64,000 nt of DNA from Eledone cirrhosa. Lineage: Eukaryota. Shown in pieces: positions 44,300 through 56,170 of this stretch. Positions within the stretch are counted from its first letter, which is position 1. Each line of letters begins with the position of its first letter. The DNA is taken from positions 190,154,001 to 190,218,000 of the forward strand of contig OZ024743.1 of the NCBI GenBank assembly GCA_964016885.1. The letters run 5' to 3'. Made by a program: the position numbers and the translations under genes. Below the pieces are notes generated by a model that made no database searches, had not been told where the DNA came from, and saw only the letters and a program-made list of their open reading frames with translations.

Positions 44300-45239
44300 A
44301 AATCACCGGGACTGATGAAATCACCGGTGGTTATGTAACCATACATTCACCAATCCTCGATAAGAGTTTAAATGTCGAACCTAAACAGTTCGAATAACGG
44401 TGAAGTGGAGACTGGAATGTCATGTGACAGACTCTCTTCCAGCAGGTGCTCCCTGGCTCAGTAGCAGGGACCTGGCTGTCAACCAAATACTGCTGGTGTC
44501 GGAGGAAGAAGAAGAAGGAAAGGGACCAGAACCAACTGGACGAAATAATTGAATAGAACTGTTATGCAATGTTACCTGAAGAGTAACCCCAAGGAGAAAG
44601 GCTATAGGAAACGGATGCATAACATCTGGAACGAGATTGGTCTATTTAAATTAGATGAACAAAAATTGGCCGGGCAGGCTCGGGTAATAAGAACTAATGG
44701 GTGGATAAGCGAGCTGGAACTGGAGGAAGTGAGCAGAAAGATTATGTTGGAAATGGAGAGTGGAGTATGCCAGGCAAACGAGCCAGTGGGAAATGAAGGT
44801 GAAGAGGTTGAGAGAACGGAGGAACCATCCGAAGCAGAATGATCTGAATGCTGAAATAAATAATACCTGAAACAGAGATACGGCCATTGAGGAGATGAAT
44901 GCTGACGGGCTAGGACAAGATTTGGTTGATATCCTAAACTTAGTGGTAGATGAATTGAACAATGATAGTGGGAAACCTATGAACCTAAGATTTGTAGACA
45001 GGAAAAAGTTAAAAGAAACAACAGCTAAGGTAAACAAAGTCATCCCAAACCTTGAGGCGAGGAGCCTTCACCAGTGCAACAATATCCTCAAAGCAACAGC
45101 AAATGCGGTGAGGAAATTACTTGGTATAAAAGCGAGAGGGAACAACAAACAAGAAAGATCAGAGCCTTGGTGGAAGAAACGACTGAATGGTCAAATCAGG
45201 GAAATTAGAAATTACATTGGAAAGCTTGAGTCCCTACAG
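44300..45239 (+). pseudogene. 5' portion of an older R4/Dong family 1 copy, including the probable native start
   Basis: ATG at 44372 is in frame (through two stops) with RTNWTK*LNRTVMQCY; homologous to 46629-47395; ends at TAATAA of the adjacent Tx1. Confidence 0.8.
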
Positions 45240-45255
45240 TAATAATAATAATAAT

Positions 45256-46553
45256 GCTTTCTTTATTAACCACAAGGGTTTACATAAAGTAGACATTAAG
45301 GACAGTACAGGACAATACAGGACGGTACAAATGGGCATTTCTGCGTGTAAAAAAACACAGAGGATGTAATAAAAAAATAACAATGAAAAATTCCCCAATA
45401 GGGGGGAGACTTCCGAGGGACATTTGTGGAGAAACCCATTAAAAGGCCACAGTGACCCTGACCACCAGGGTAAGTGCCCTCTCCCAATTTTCCACCTTTA
45501 ATTTACAGACACATACTCAGAGTAGGCCCATTCACTCGGCCCATTTTTGCTTCTCTCACCCATATTTCAAGAAAATGCTGGGAAGAGAACACTTCTTAAT
45601 GGGGCCATGGAGTGTTCTCTGTCCTCCTGTGGTGTTCCAAAGAACACATCCACGGTTTCATATTTCTGCCCACGTCTGATGTGGGGTTTTTTTGCCCACA
45701 CATGTGCCAAAGCTTTTTGGATTTGGGACTCGGATGCCCGTTCCACTTTGCGCAATTTTATGTTAATCGTCCGATTAGACACGGTGCATAGGCGCCTATG
45801 CTCCATTTTATTTGGTGTGTTGGGGGGTGGGGGTGGGGGTAATTCTGACCCTGTACCCATCTTTCTTTACCATTCTCTTGGCTTTATCTAATTCCTCCTG
45901 AGTTACCTGGATTGTTTCGCATGTTTTAGTTGCTTTGGCAAAATAGACGATGTTGTTATTCTCATTGTTGCTGTTGCTGTTGTTGTTATTGTTACTTTTT
46001 TATTGTTATTTTTAGTTTCAGTTGTGGTGGTGGTGGCGTTAGTGGTGTTCGGTCTGGAAGAGTCCATTCTGGGTGAATCCATTTCGATGTCACGAGATAA
46101 TTTATTTTTTTCTTTTGTTTCTGTTGTCGCTGTGGTGACGATGGGGTGCCGGCTTCAACACCTGCAGTCATTGGTAATGGCGGGAAATGAATGTCTGCAT
46201 TAGACAAATTTAAATTATTGCTACTACTTATATTTTTAGTGTTGGCAAACGTAGTAATATTTACAATGGTGGTGTTGGTGTGAGGTGTTAGTTTGTTAGG
46301 AAGGCTCTCAGCAACTTGGTGTAGCTGTGAGTCGTCCATGATTTTTTCAAAGACATTTTTTGTTTGATAACTATAAAAGTTTAAATTTTGGGCTCAAGGC
46401 CCCAATCCTTTTGAGTGTCCTTTTCCGAAAGCAGATTGTGTGATGTTATAAATAGTTAACAACAAAAATGTTCCATAAATGGCAATTTTAAACAAAAGAA
46501 AACAACAAAACTTTGCGGAGCTCACGATGATACGATTTCCTACGTAGGTCGCC
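45256..46553 (-). mobile_element. Internally deleted Tx1 derivative (A-type 5' end fused to 3' end)
   Basis: 45256-45595 matches the Tx1 3' end and 45590-46553 matches the A-type 5' UTR/ORF1; junction microhomology CACTTC; (ATT)n flanks. Confidence 0.85.
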
Positions 46554-46628
<75 letters not shown>

Positions 46629-46630
<2 letters not shown>

Positions 46631-49600
46631 CTGTCAACCAAATACTGCTGATGTTGGAGGAAGAAGAAGAAGGAAAGGGGCCAGAACCAACTGGACGAAA
46701 GAATTGAATAGAACTGTTATGCAATGCTACCTGAAAAGTAACCCCAAGGAGAGGGGCTACAGGAGACGGATGCATAACATCTGGAACGAGATTGGTTTAT
46801 TTAAATTAGATGAACAAAAATTGGCCGGGCAGGCTCGGGTAATAAGAACTAATGGGTGGATAAGCGAGCTGGAACTGGAGGAACTGAGCAGAGAGAATGG
46901 CTTGGAGATGGCGGGTGTAGTATGCCAGACAAGCGAGCCAGTGGGAAATGAAGGTGAAGAGCTCCTGAGAACGGAGGAACCACCCGAAGCAGACAATGAT
47001 CTGAATACTGAGATAAATAATACCTGGAACAGAGATACGGCCACTGAGAAGATGAATGCTGACGGGCTAGGACAAGATTCGGTTGACATCCTAAATTTAG
47101 TGGTAGATGAATTGAACAATGATAGTGGGAGACCTATGAACCTAAGATTTGTAGACAGGAAAAAGTTAAAAGAAACAACAGCTAAGGTAAACAAAGTCAT
47201 CCCATACCTTGAGGCGAGGAGCCTTCACCAGTGCAACAATATCCTCAAAGCAACAGCAAATACGGTGAGGAAACTACTTGGTATAAAAGCGAGAGGAAAC
47301 AACAGACAAGAAAGAGCAGAGCCGTGGTGGAAGAAGCGACTGAGTGGGCAAATCGGGGAAATGAGGAATGACATAGGAAAGCTTGAGTCACTACTGAATG
47401 GGACACTAAAAAACATAGGCACTAAAAATAGACTGGAAATAAAATACAAAACTAGGAGTAAAAAGCTAAATATTATCATAGAGGAATTGAAGCAACGCAT
47501 TGTAGCAAAGAGTGCAAAAATCAGGCGATACGAGAACAGAGTCAGTCAGTATAAACAGAACCGCATGTTCGACAACAACCAGAAGATGCTGTTTGGACAG
47601 CTTGAGAGGAAAGAAAGAGGCAACGACTTGATCCCTGGGGCGGAACAAACTAAAACTTTCTGGAGAGGAATATGGGAGCAGGATGTTAGACACAATGCCC
47701 AGGCAGGGTGGATTGAGACAGTACAGAGGGAGATCGGTGAGCAGGCACAACAACAAACTGATTTGAGTATCACAGTTGAAACTCTTAAGGGGCAAGCCAA
47801 AAAACTAACCAACTGGAAATCACCAGGCCCAGATGGTGTGCAGGGGTATTGGATTAAACATTTAACATCCCTCCACCCGAAGCTGACGGCCATGTTCAAT
47901 GACTGCTTGGTGTCGGGTGAGGTGCCAGAGTGGTTGACAAAAGGTACCACAGTTCTGATAATGAAAGACCGAATCAAGGGTAATGATGTTACCAACTATA
48001 GACCTATCACATGTCTGTCCGTAATGTGGAAACTGTTGACGAGCATTGTGTCTGAGGAAATCTACCATCACCTCCACACAAACAACTTGTTACCGGACGA
48101 ACAGAAAGGATGCCGAAAGAAGTCACGTGGTACAAAGGACCAGTTACTTATTGATAAGATGGTAATGGGGAATTGCAGGAGGAGACACACTGATCTTGCC
48201 ATGGGATGGATAGACTACAGAAAGGCATTTGACATGGTGCCTCATTCCTGGATCACCAAAAGCCTGGAGATCTTCAGGGTGGCAGATAACATCAGACAGT
48301 TGCTAGGCAGGAGTATGGGGTCCTGGGAGACAGAGTTGACATCAACTGGAGTATCCTTGGGAAGCGTGAAGATCAAGAGAGGTATCTTCCAGGGAGATAG
48401 CCTGTCCCCTCTGTTGTTTGTCCTTGCCCTGATGCCCTTGACCATTACGCTGCGAAAAGTGAGAGCAGGATACAAGTTGGGAAGGGGAGAGCTTACCATC
48501 AATCACCTCCTCTTCATGGACGATCTTAAGCTCTTCGGGAAAAGTGAGAAGGAGTTGGATGTGCTTGTTGACACTGTCCGTATTTTCAGCAGTGATATAT
48601 GTATGCAGTTTGGTATTGGTAAATGTGGAGTCATTGTGATGAAGAGGGGCAGGTTGAGCAGAAGTAACGGGATCCAGATACCAACAGGTGAGATGATAAA
48701 GGAAATTGACTCTGAGGAAGGATACAAGTATTTGGGCGTTCTGGAGGCTGATGGCATAAAGAACAAAAAAATGAAGGAATTGTTAAGAACTGAATACATT
48801 CGGAGAGTAAGGAGCGTATTGAAGTCACATCTGAACAGCAGAAATGCCATAAGCGCAGTAAATTCCCGAGCTGTGTCTATTATTAGGTACAGTGCGGGAA
48901 TTCTGAGATGGAATGTTGCTGAACAAAAAGAAATGGATAGGAAGACTAGGAAGCTATTGACTATCTACAACATGTTCCACAAGAGGAGTGATGTCGATAG
49001 TCTCTACCTAAGGAGATCTGAGGGTGGAAGAGGTCTTATCAGCATAGAGTACTGTGTTCAGATGGAGAAAAACAACCTATACAAACACGTGACCTATAGT
49101 AAGGAGCCAATGCTCAGAACTGTGCTGAAGGAGGGGACAGTAGGCCAGGGGATGTCCAAGGAGGAAATAACATCAAGGAGGAAGAGCAGCCTTAAGGGAA
49201 AATCCCTTCATAGTACCTTCTTTGAGAAAACTGAATTTAGAGATCCACAGACATGGAACTGGTTGAGAAGAGGAGACCTCAAAAAGGCTACAGAAGGAAT
49301 GCTAATGGCTGCGCAGGAGCAGGCCCTCAAAACGAAGTGGTTGAAGCACCATATCTACAAGGAGGAGGCTAGCCCACTGTGCAGGATCTGTGGAGAGAGA
49401 GAGGAGACTGTGGCTCACATTGTGTCCGAGTGTAAACACCTAGCCCAGACCCACTATAAGGGCTGGAGACACGATGTGATGGGCAGGGTGATCCACTGGC
49501 ACCTGTGCAAAGTAAACAATTTACCACATTCTGAGAAATGGTATGAGCATAGGCCAGAGGCGGTGATGGAGAACAATCAGGTGAAGGTGCTGTGGGATTT

Positions 49601-50026
49601 TAGGATACAGACGGACAAAAAACTGGAACACAATAGACCTGACCTGGTGGTTGTGGACAAAGAAAAAAGATCGTGCCTGATTGTGGATGTGGCCTGCCCG
49701 TTCGACACGAGAGTGCAAGAGAAGGAGAGGGAGAAAATTAACCGATACCAGGACCTAAAGTGGGAGGTGAAAAGGATTTGGAACTGCCATGAAGTCAAAG
49801 TGATCCCGATTGTCATAGGCGCACTGGGGACTATCTCCAAAAGTTTCCAGGGATGGTTAAAGAAAATCGGCCCCTTCACGCTTTTTGGAACGCTTCAAAA
49901 GGCATGCTTGCTTGGAACAGCAAGAACCCTCCGATACGTCCTGAATATCTGAGGCTGCAGGTAGTGGCTTGATATTCAATCCAACGGACTTTCCAGTTAA
50001 CCAACATCAATGACTGAGATTCAAGG
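46629..50026 (+). mobile_element. R4/Dong LINE family 1, nearly full length
   Basis: (AAT)n flanks; lacks only about 35 N-terminal codons relative to the 44372 copy. Confidence 0.9.
46704..49952 (+). CDS. Uninterrupted RT-RLE polyprotein (1082 aa)
   Basis: Same motifs as 5426-8587 plus the N-terminal VMQCY...MHNIW domain; first ATG at 46719. Confidence 0.9.
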   Translation: MNRTVMQCYLKSNPKERGYRRRMHNIWNEIGLFKLDEQKLAGQARVIRTNGWISELELEELSRENGLEMAGVVCQTSEPVGNEGEELLRTEEPPEADNDLNTEINNTWNRDTATEKMNADGLGQDSVDILNLVVDELNNDSGRPMNLRFVDRKKLKETTAKVNKVIPYLEARSLHQCNNILKATANTVRKLLGIKARGNNRQERAEPWWKKRLSGQIGEMRNDIGKLESLLNGTLKNIGTKNRLEIKYKTRSKKLNIIIEELKQRIVAKSAKIRRYENRVSQYKQNRMFDNNQKMLFGQLERKERGNDLIPGAEQTKTFWRGIWEQDVRHNAQAGWIETVQREIGEQAQQQTDLSITVETLKGQAKKLTNWKSPGPDGVQGYWIKHLTSLHPKLTAMFNDCLVSGEVPEWLTKGTTVLIMKDRIKGNDVTNYRPITCLSVMWKLLTSIVSEEIYHHLHTNNLLPDEQKGCRKKSRGTKDQLLIDKMVMGNCRRRHTDLAMGWIDYRKAFDMVPHSWITKSLEIFRVADNIRQLLGRSMGSWETELTSTGVSLGSVKIKRGIFQGDSLSPLLFVLALMPLTITLRKVRAGYKLGRGELTINHLLFMDDLKLFGKSEKELDVLVDTVRIFSSDICMQFGIGKCGVIVMKRGRLSRSNGIQIPTGEMIKEIDSEEGYKYLGVLEADGIKNKKMKELLRTEYIRRVRSVLKSHLNSRNAISAVNSRAVSIIRYSAGILRWNVAEQKEMDRKTRKLLTIYNMFHKRSDVDSLYLRRSEGGRGLISIEYCVQMEKNNLYKHVTYSKEPMLRTVLKEGTVGQGMSKEEITSRRKSSLKGKSLHSTFFEKTEFRDPQTWNWLRRGDLKKATEGMLMAAQEQALKTKWLKHHIYKEEASPLCRICGEREETVAHIVSECKHLAQTHYKGWRHDVMGRVIHWHLCKVNNLPHSEKWYEHRPEAVMENNQVKVLWDFRIQTDKKLEHNRPDLVVVDKEKRSCLIVDVACPFDTRVQEKEREKINRYQDLKWEVKRIWNCHEVKVIPIVIGALGTISKSFQGWLKKIGPFTLFGTLQKACLLGTARTLRYVLNI

Positions 50027-50038
50027 AATAACAATAAC

Positions 50039-50065
<27 letters not shown>

Positions 50066-50069
<4 letters not shown>

Positions 50070-50798
50070 TGGATGCAGCCGATTATGCCGTATATGTAAA
50101 AAATAACCAGAGACCATTGACCATATAATTTCAATGTGCAGTCCTATAGCTCCAACCGAATACCTAAACAGACATGACAGAGCTGCACAATACATACATT
50201 GGTAAATGTGTAAGCATTTTGACCTGCCCCATCAAAAGAATTGGTGGGAGCATCAACCACCTCCCATACTTGAAAAAGATCACATCGCAATCTTGTGGAA
50301 ATTTAGCATCCAAACAGACCGAAAAATAGATGCAAATAGACCTGATATAATATTGAAGGACTTTAAAAAGGGGGTATGCCTGCTAATTGATATGTCCGTT
50401 ACAATAGACAAGAATGTATCTATAAAAACATTTAAAAAATTGAGCAAGTATAAGGACCTGGACATAGAAATTGGAAAAATGTGTAAATTGAGAACTAAAA
50501 CAATACCAGTGGTTGTAGGCGCTCTAGGAATGATACCTAAAGGGGTCTAATGATTACTTATCGCAAATCCCAGGAAACCCGCGTATAGGAGAAATACAAA
50601 AGATAGTACTAATGGGAACTGCCCATATACTAAGGAAGATTCTGTCAATATAAGTACATCACAAGTCTAAACACCTAAAGATGCATGTGTGAGTATGTAT
50701 GTTCTTTCTTGAACATGGCGTACCTTGTTGTCTCTTGAGGTCACTGGTTGTGACTTGGTGATAACTCGTATGAACATAAAGCAAGATAAATGCAGCTG
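50066..50798 (+). mobile_element. R4/Dong family 2, 3' fragment
   Basis: Homologous to 16310-17031; RLE motifs. Confidence 0.85.
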
Positions 50799-50811
50799 TA
50801 ATAATAATAAT

Positions 50812-51785
50812 GCTTTCTTTATTAACCACAAGGATTTACACAAAGTAGACATTAAGGACAGTACAGGACAATACAGGACGGTACAAATGGGCATTTCTGC
50901 GTGTATAAAAAAACAAAAAACAGAGGATGTAATAAAAAGAACGATGAAAAATTCCCCAATAGAGGGGAGACTTCCGAGGGCCATCGTGGAGAAAGCCCAC
51001 CAGGGCAATTGTCCTCTCCCAGTTTTCCACCTTCAATTTACAGGCATATACTCAGAGTAGGTCTATTCACTCGGGCCATTCTTACCTCTCTCACCCATCT
51101 TTCAAAAAAAGCTGGGAAGAGAGCCATTCCCTCTCTACCCTGATTTTCCTTTTCAAATGAAATTTGAAAAAGTTAATCAGGGCATCACCGAAGAGGTAAG
51201 TGCTCGTCTTCAGCCCTTTCAAACGCGTCCACCTTACTATCTCTTTCGCCATGGCCACCAGACAGATATAACTGCCTGCCCTTCCCGGCTAAAGGAAGAT
51301 GGGGGTGGGGAGCAATCCTCACGATGGTCTCAGCTGATAGCCGGATCCGTTCTACACACGACAGCAGGTGTTCGACATAAGCCCACAAGTCAGCAATGCT
51401 CGGACACTGGACGAGTGCATGCTGTACGGTTTCGTGGCCCTGCGTGCATCCCGGCTGACGGCATTTCCGTGCCTGTAGAGTTTATCCCTAACTGGCAAAG
51501 CTCCTAGGGATTTCTAGAAATTGTCCATAGGCCCCGGCCCGAAAATTCTTCCGAATAGAATGGCTAGTTGATTTTCATTGACGCCTAGAGTTAATAATAA
51601 TAATAATAATAATGCTTTCTTTATTAACCACAAGGGTTGACACAAAGTAGACATTAAGGACAGCACAGGACAATACATGACGGTACAAATGGGCGTTTCT
51701 GCGTGTAAAAAACAAAAAAAAACAGAGGATGTAATAATAGAACAATGAAAAATTCCCCAATAGGGGGGAGACTTCCGAGGGCATC
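50812..51785 (-). mobile_element. Two 5'-truncated Tx1 3' fragments (50812-51592 and 51614-51785)
   Basis: Both carry the Tx1 3' UTR CTTTATTAACCACAAGG..GTAGACATTAAGGACAG and are separated by (AAT)n. Confidence 0.85.
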
Positions 51786-51802
51786 AATACTAATAATAAT
51801 AA

Positions 51803-51993
51803 TTGTTTCTACTTTAGGCACAAGGCCAGCAAATTACCCAGTGCATTACTGGTACTTTATTTTATCGACCCCGTAAGGATGAAAGGCAAAGTCAACCTCG
51901 GCGGGATTTGAACTCAGATCGTAAAGGGACGTAACTATGCTGGAAAGCATGGCGTCCGACCCTCTACCGATACTGCCAATCCACCGCCCTTCT
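51803..51993 (-). mobile_element. Full-length SINE with Meta-like domain and apparent TSD
   Basis: A box TGGCAGTATCGG, B box GAGTTCAAATCC, (ATT)n tail; AATACTAATAATAATAAT on both sides. Confidence 0.82.
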
Positions 51994-52017
51994 AATACTA
52001 ATAATAATAATAAAGGG

Positions 52018-52317
52018 CGATTTGTTATCTCTTCATTACGGTTATCTGATTCGTGACGCGCGTTTCGCTACTGATCAGTTCAAGGTTGCATCTGTATCGA
52101 TCTGGCCCGACACTGGAATAAAAATCTCCTCGGAGCTCTGCTGTTGTAATGACAGAATGAACATATAAATTATAGAGATGTCTGTAACGTTTCGCCTTCA
52201 TATGGTCGTCACTCTATATTGTTTTGATTGGTGGTTTTGCTATGATCGAACTTTCAGCTGATCAATAGTGAAACGCGCTTCACCAATCAATAAACGTAAT
52301 GAAGACATAACAAATCA
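52018..52317. mobile_element. Older 300-bp fold-back element or MITE
   Basis: Imperfect ~70-bp inverted repeats at 52018-52090 and 52244-52317. Confidence 0.55.
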
Positions 52318-52426
52318 TCATTTTTTTATTTATTTACACGCTGTTTAACTCTACACCACGTTACAGACGAGAATCTATGTATCGAGTGCTCAACTGGGTG
52401 AACCTACAGTAACTGCACGCTGCACT

Positions 52427-52480
<54 letters not shown>

Positions 52481-52744
52481 AGAAAAATCTACCAAAAGTT
52501 TACCGTAGTGTCCAATCCGTATGAAGAACTCAATGTAATCCGGATATCATGAAAAGAGAAGATGCATTCAAAAACTACTTTCGGTGAAAAATAAACGGAA
52601 AACAGAGTCAAAATAAATTATTAAAAAAATAATGAATAAACAAAGAAACAGTTCCTTATAAATATATGTATATGTAAGTGTGGATGTGTGTGTATATAAG
52701 TGTGTATGTATGTGTGTATGTATGTGAATGTAAAAAAAAATATA

Positions 52745-52783
<39 letters not shown>

Positions 52784-52923
52784 ATATGTGTATGTATGTA
52801 TGTGTGTGTGTATACATATATATATATATGTCTGTGTGTGTGTGTGTGTGTATGTATATGTACATGTCTATATGTGTATATATATATATATATATGGATA
52901 TATATTTGTGTGTGTATGTGTAT

Positions 52924-52959
<36 letters not shown>

Positions 52960-52994
52960 GTAGGAGGTGAGTTTTATTGTAGTACAATAAAGCA

Positions 52995-55118
52995 ATGCAG
53001 ATATCGGATAAGAAGCACTCTACAGTTTGTGGGACTGAAAAACATGTTTTAGTCCACTCAAAAAATGTTTTAGTCCACTCTGACAAAACCAATAACCTAT
53101 ATGGTATTTCCAAGGATAATTATAACAACCTTATCCTAAAGGAACTTAGGAAAAAGTATCGTAAAACCAACCATGAAAATTTAGAATGCATAAACCTTGA
53201 AGCCTATGAGATTATGTCAAAACTTGGCATTGAAAAAAAGACCGAACCATTCCTCCCAAGAACTCCGAGGATAAATCTCAAGGATCACAAAATCAATTTC
53301 CGCACTGAACTACCTGTTAGATTAATCGCCCCCTCTAAATCTGATCTGGGGGTTGTTAGTAAAGCCATCTTGGATAGGATTATCCCACAGGTTAGTTCTA
53401 ATTGCTCTTCTTTAAACCTAAATTTATGGTTTGGTACTTCTGAAGTGATTGGCTGGTTCAACAAATTGGATAATAAAAACAAACTAAAATTGATTCAATT
53501 CGATATTGCCAGCTACTATTCCTCCATTTCGCCTTCACTTCTCAATAATGCTCTATCTTTTGCACTTAAATATTCTGACATCACCACAGATGAACTTCAC
53601 ATCATCCTCACCGCACGTAAAACCATCCTAGAGTTCAACAACGAATATTGGACCAGAGCCGATACCTCTAACAACTTCGACATCACAATGGGAGCATCCG
53701 ATTCATCCCAATTGACTGATTTAATTGGTATCTTCATTTTGAACTCTTTGAGTCGGAAAATTCCTCAACTTCGCGGTGGAATTTATCGTGACGATGGACT
53801 CTTTACTATCCTAAATTGCAATATAGTTAAACTTAATATTATTAAGAACAATATACGTAATCTCTTTAACCAACATAACCTAAAAATTGAATTTGATAAT
53901 ATTATCAAACCAGCTAATTTCTTGGATGTATCTCTTAATCTTGACACTGGCCTATATTACCCTTACCATAAAAACAATGAGAATCTTAATTATGTTAACT
54001 TTAAATCTAACCATCCTACCAATATCAAGAATGCTATAGTTAATAATATTGGAAATAGAATATCTAACATATCTTCTAATAAAAACATCTTTGATGCTAA
54101 CGCCAATTACTATAATAACGCACTTTCTAAAGCCGGCTATCCAGATAAAATCAAATATAATAAAGAAACAAATTCTAGGAAAACTTACAGTAGAATAATT
54201 AATCATGACCATTCCAATAATTTTAATAAAAGACCTAGATACAAAAACATAATCTGGTATAATGCTCCTTTCTCCATCTCTATTAATAACAATATTCCTA
54301 AATTATTTTTTAGTGCCTTAAATAAATGCTTCCCTCCCTCACATATCTATAGTAAAATATTTAACAAACACACCATCAAATTTTCGTATTCTACATCCTC
54401 CAATATTTCCAACATCATCTCTAAACACAACAACAAAATATTAAATACTAAATCTCTTCCTTCCAATATCGAATTTCATAATAACTGTAATAGTACTCCC
54501 GACGCCATTGTAAACCCTAGGCTAACTTCTGTAAACCCAAATACAACGTCAAACACAACTTCGCTAAATGTTCATAATCCAACTCTAAATCAAGAAACTA
54601 TTATTCCTATTATTCCTATCGCAAACAACTTCTCCAATCCAATTCCTTCTATAGATAACACTAGATCACTCATTAATAATCTCTCTAATTGCAACTGCCG
54701 CATCAAAAATAAATGTCCTCTCAACAACCATTGCCTCGATAAAAACTTAATTTATGAATGTAAAATTATAACTAGCACCAATTCCTTCACCTATTTTGGC
54801 TCCACTTCCACCTCTTTTAAAGCTCGTCTCTATAATCATCATTCATCTTTCAAATACAAACTTAAAAGAACTAACACTGCTCTCTCAGAACTCATATGGT
54901 CCTTAAAAGACAAAAACATTAAATATAACATCTTTTGGAAAAAGATTTCTTCTGCATCCTCATACTTGAACAGCTCTCTATCTAAAATCTGTAATTTCTG
55001 CCTAAATGAAAAATTTACCATTATCTCTAACCTAGATTCTATAATAAACAGACGCTCAGATTTGTTTTCTATCTGCCTGCATAAATTCCATAGAACTTTT
55101 CACAAAGTATACAGTTAA
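52995..55118 (+). CDS. Naiad-like PLE reverse transcriptase + GIY-YIG endonuclease, open frame, probably 5'-truncated
   Basis: SDKTNNLY, LKDHKINF..PVRLIAPSKS, FDIASYYSSI, FDITMG, IYRDDGL, FLDV, SNHP, IIWYNAP, CNCRIKNKCPL, LIYEC..YFGST..FKARLYNH, CNFCLNEK. Confidence 0.88.
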   Translation: MQISDKKHSTVCGTEKHVLVHSKNVLVHSDKTNNLYGISKDNYNNLILKELRKKYRKTNHENLECINLEAYEIMSKLGIEKKTEPFLPRTPRINLKDHKINFRTELPVRLIAPSKSDLGVVSKAILDRIIPQVSSNCSSLNLNLWFGTSEVIGWFNKLDNKNKLKLIQFDIASYYSSISPSLLNNALSFALKYSDITTDELHIILTARKTILEFNNEYWTRADTSNNFDITMGASDSSQLTDLIGIFILNSLSRKIPQLRGGIYRDDGLFTILNCNIVKLNIIKNNIRNLFNQHNLKIEFDNIIKPANFLDVSLNLDTGLYYPYHKNNENLNYVNFKSNHPTNIKNAIVNNIGNRISNISSNKNIFDANANYYNNALSKAGYPDKIKYNKETNSRKTYSRIINHDHSNNFNKRPRYKNIIWYNAPFSISINNNIPKLFFSALNKCFPPSHIYSKIFNKHTIKFSYSTSSNISNIISKHNNKILNTKSLPSNIEFHNNCNSTPDAIVNPRLTSVNPNTTSNTTSLNVHNPTLNQETIIPIIPIANNFSNPIPSIDNTRSLINNLSNCNCRIKNKCPLNNHCLDKNLIYECKIITSTNSFTYFGSTSTSFKARLYNHHSSFKYKLKRTNTALSELIWSLKDKNIKYNIFWKKISSASSYLNSSLSKICNFCLNEKFTIISNLDSIINRRSDLFSICLHKFHRTFHKVYS

Positions 55119-55594
55119 TTTTCAATTCTTTATCAATTTAGAATCTTTTCTCAAAGGCACATATACATACACCTCTTTAAAATATACCCATCTACCTTAC
55201 CTTACTTTAAAGGGCATTATACACTCTATAATACTCGTTTACTCATTACCCTCATTCTATCTTCTCGTAAAATAATAACATTTGTTTTTGACATTTTGAA
55301 TATTCATCCGCAATCATTATTATTTTTTCTCTCTATCATAAATCTTTTTAATCTCAATTTCATCCTTAATTTATTCTTATTTTTTTCTCCCCATCAACGA
55401 ACTCATTATTAATACATATCAATTCAATATACAAACTTTAACTTCACATTATTTTTCTCAAATCCTTCTACACACAAACCATAACAACTTTTCTCTTCGC
55501 TAATTTTGAAATTGCCACAATACATACATTTCTTCTTTTGACGTTAGAATATTCACCCACAATTATTATTTTTTTCTCTCTATCTTCATACATA

Positions 55595-56008
55595 ATTTCC
55601 CTTCGTTAATTTTCAAATTCCTTTAATTTATACATTATCTTCCAACGGTTCCCAACCTCTCTATATTAAAACAATATATCTTTTTCTCAGTTATAAAAAC
55701 TATCTCTTTCTCTCTATCACCCATCTCTCCCTCTCCACCTTCACTCTCATCCCCCCCTTTTTTTTTTCATCCTTTCCACCCCCCCTCCCTAAATAAAATA
55801 TTTTTTCCTCGCACATATCCTCCCTTCGTTAATTTTCAAAATTTTTAATTTATACAGTATCTTCCAACGGTTTTCAACCCCTCTATGTAAAAAATATATC
55901 TCCTCTCAGTTATAAAAACTATCTCTTTCTCTCTATCACCCATCTCTCCCTCTCATCTCCTTCCCTTTTCATCCTCCCCCCCCCCCTCTCTAAATAAAAT
56001 ATTTTTCC
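55595..56008. repeat. ~225-bp tandem duplication in PLE 3' UTR
   Basis: CCCTTCGTTAATTTTCAAA...TAAATAAAATATTTTT occurs twice. Confidence 0.8.
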
Positions 56009-56103
56009 CAACATCACACATCAATCTAAAACCACTTTTCATATGTTGATTTAAAACTGCACTATCAACAAGTGTTTTTTAGCCTTCATATCATGTTCTC
56101 CTG

Positions 56104-56170
56104 TTTTATCTGATGAAAACACAAATATTATTGCTTGATGATGTTTGTTTTTGAAATGCGCATAATAAAA
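56104..56170 (+). ncRNA. Minimal type I hammerhead ribozyme
   Basis: TTTTAT-CTGATGA-[36-nt hairpin]-GAAATGCGCATA-ATAAAA; palindromic ATGCGCAT, AUA triplet. Confidence 0.8.

Noticed and set aside
44305-44345. Ribozyme at the R4 5' end (CTGATGA)
   Set aside because: No stem II-GAAA follows, and no HDV-like fold could be built by eye.
52170-52220. Minus-strand GTGACGA..CGAAACGTT hammerhead-like motif
   Set aside because: Core C3 altered and no adjacent stem I pairing.
55119-56100. SECIS/selenoprotein signal as in some Naiads
   Set aside because: No in-frame TGA in the ORF and no SECIS recognised.
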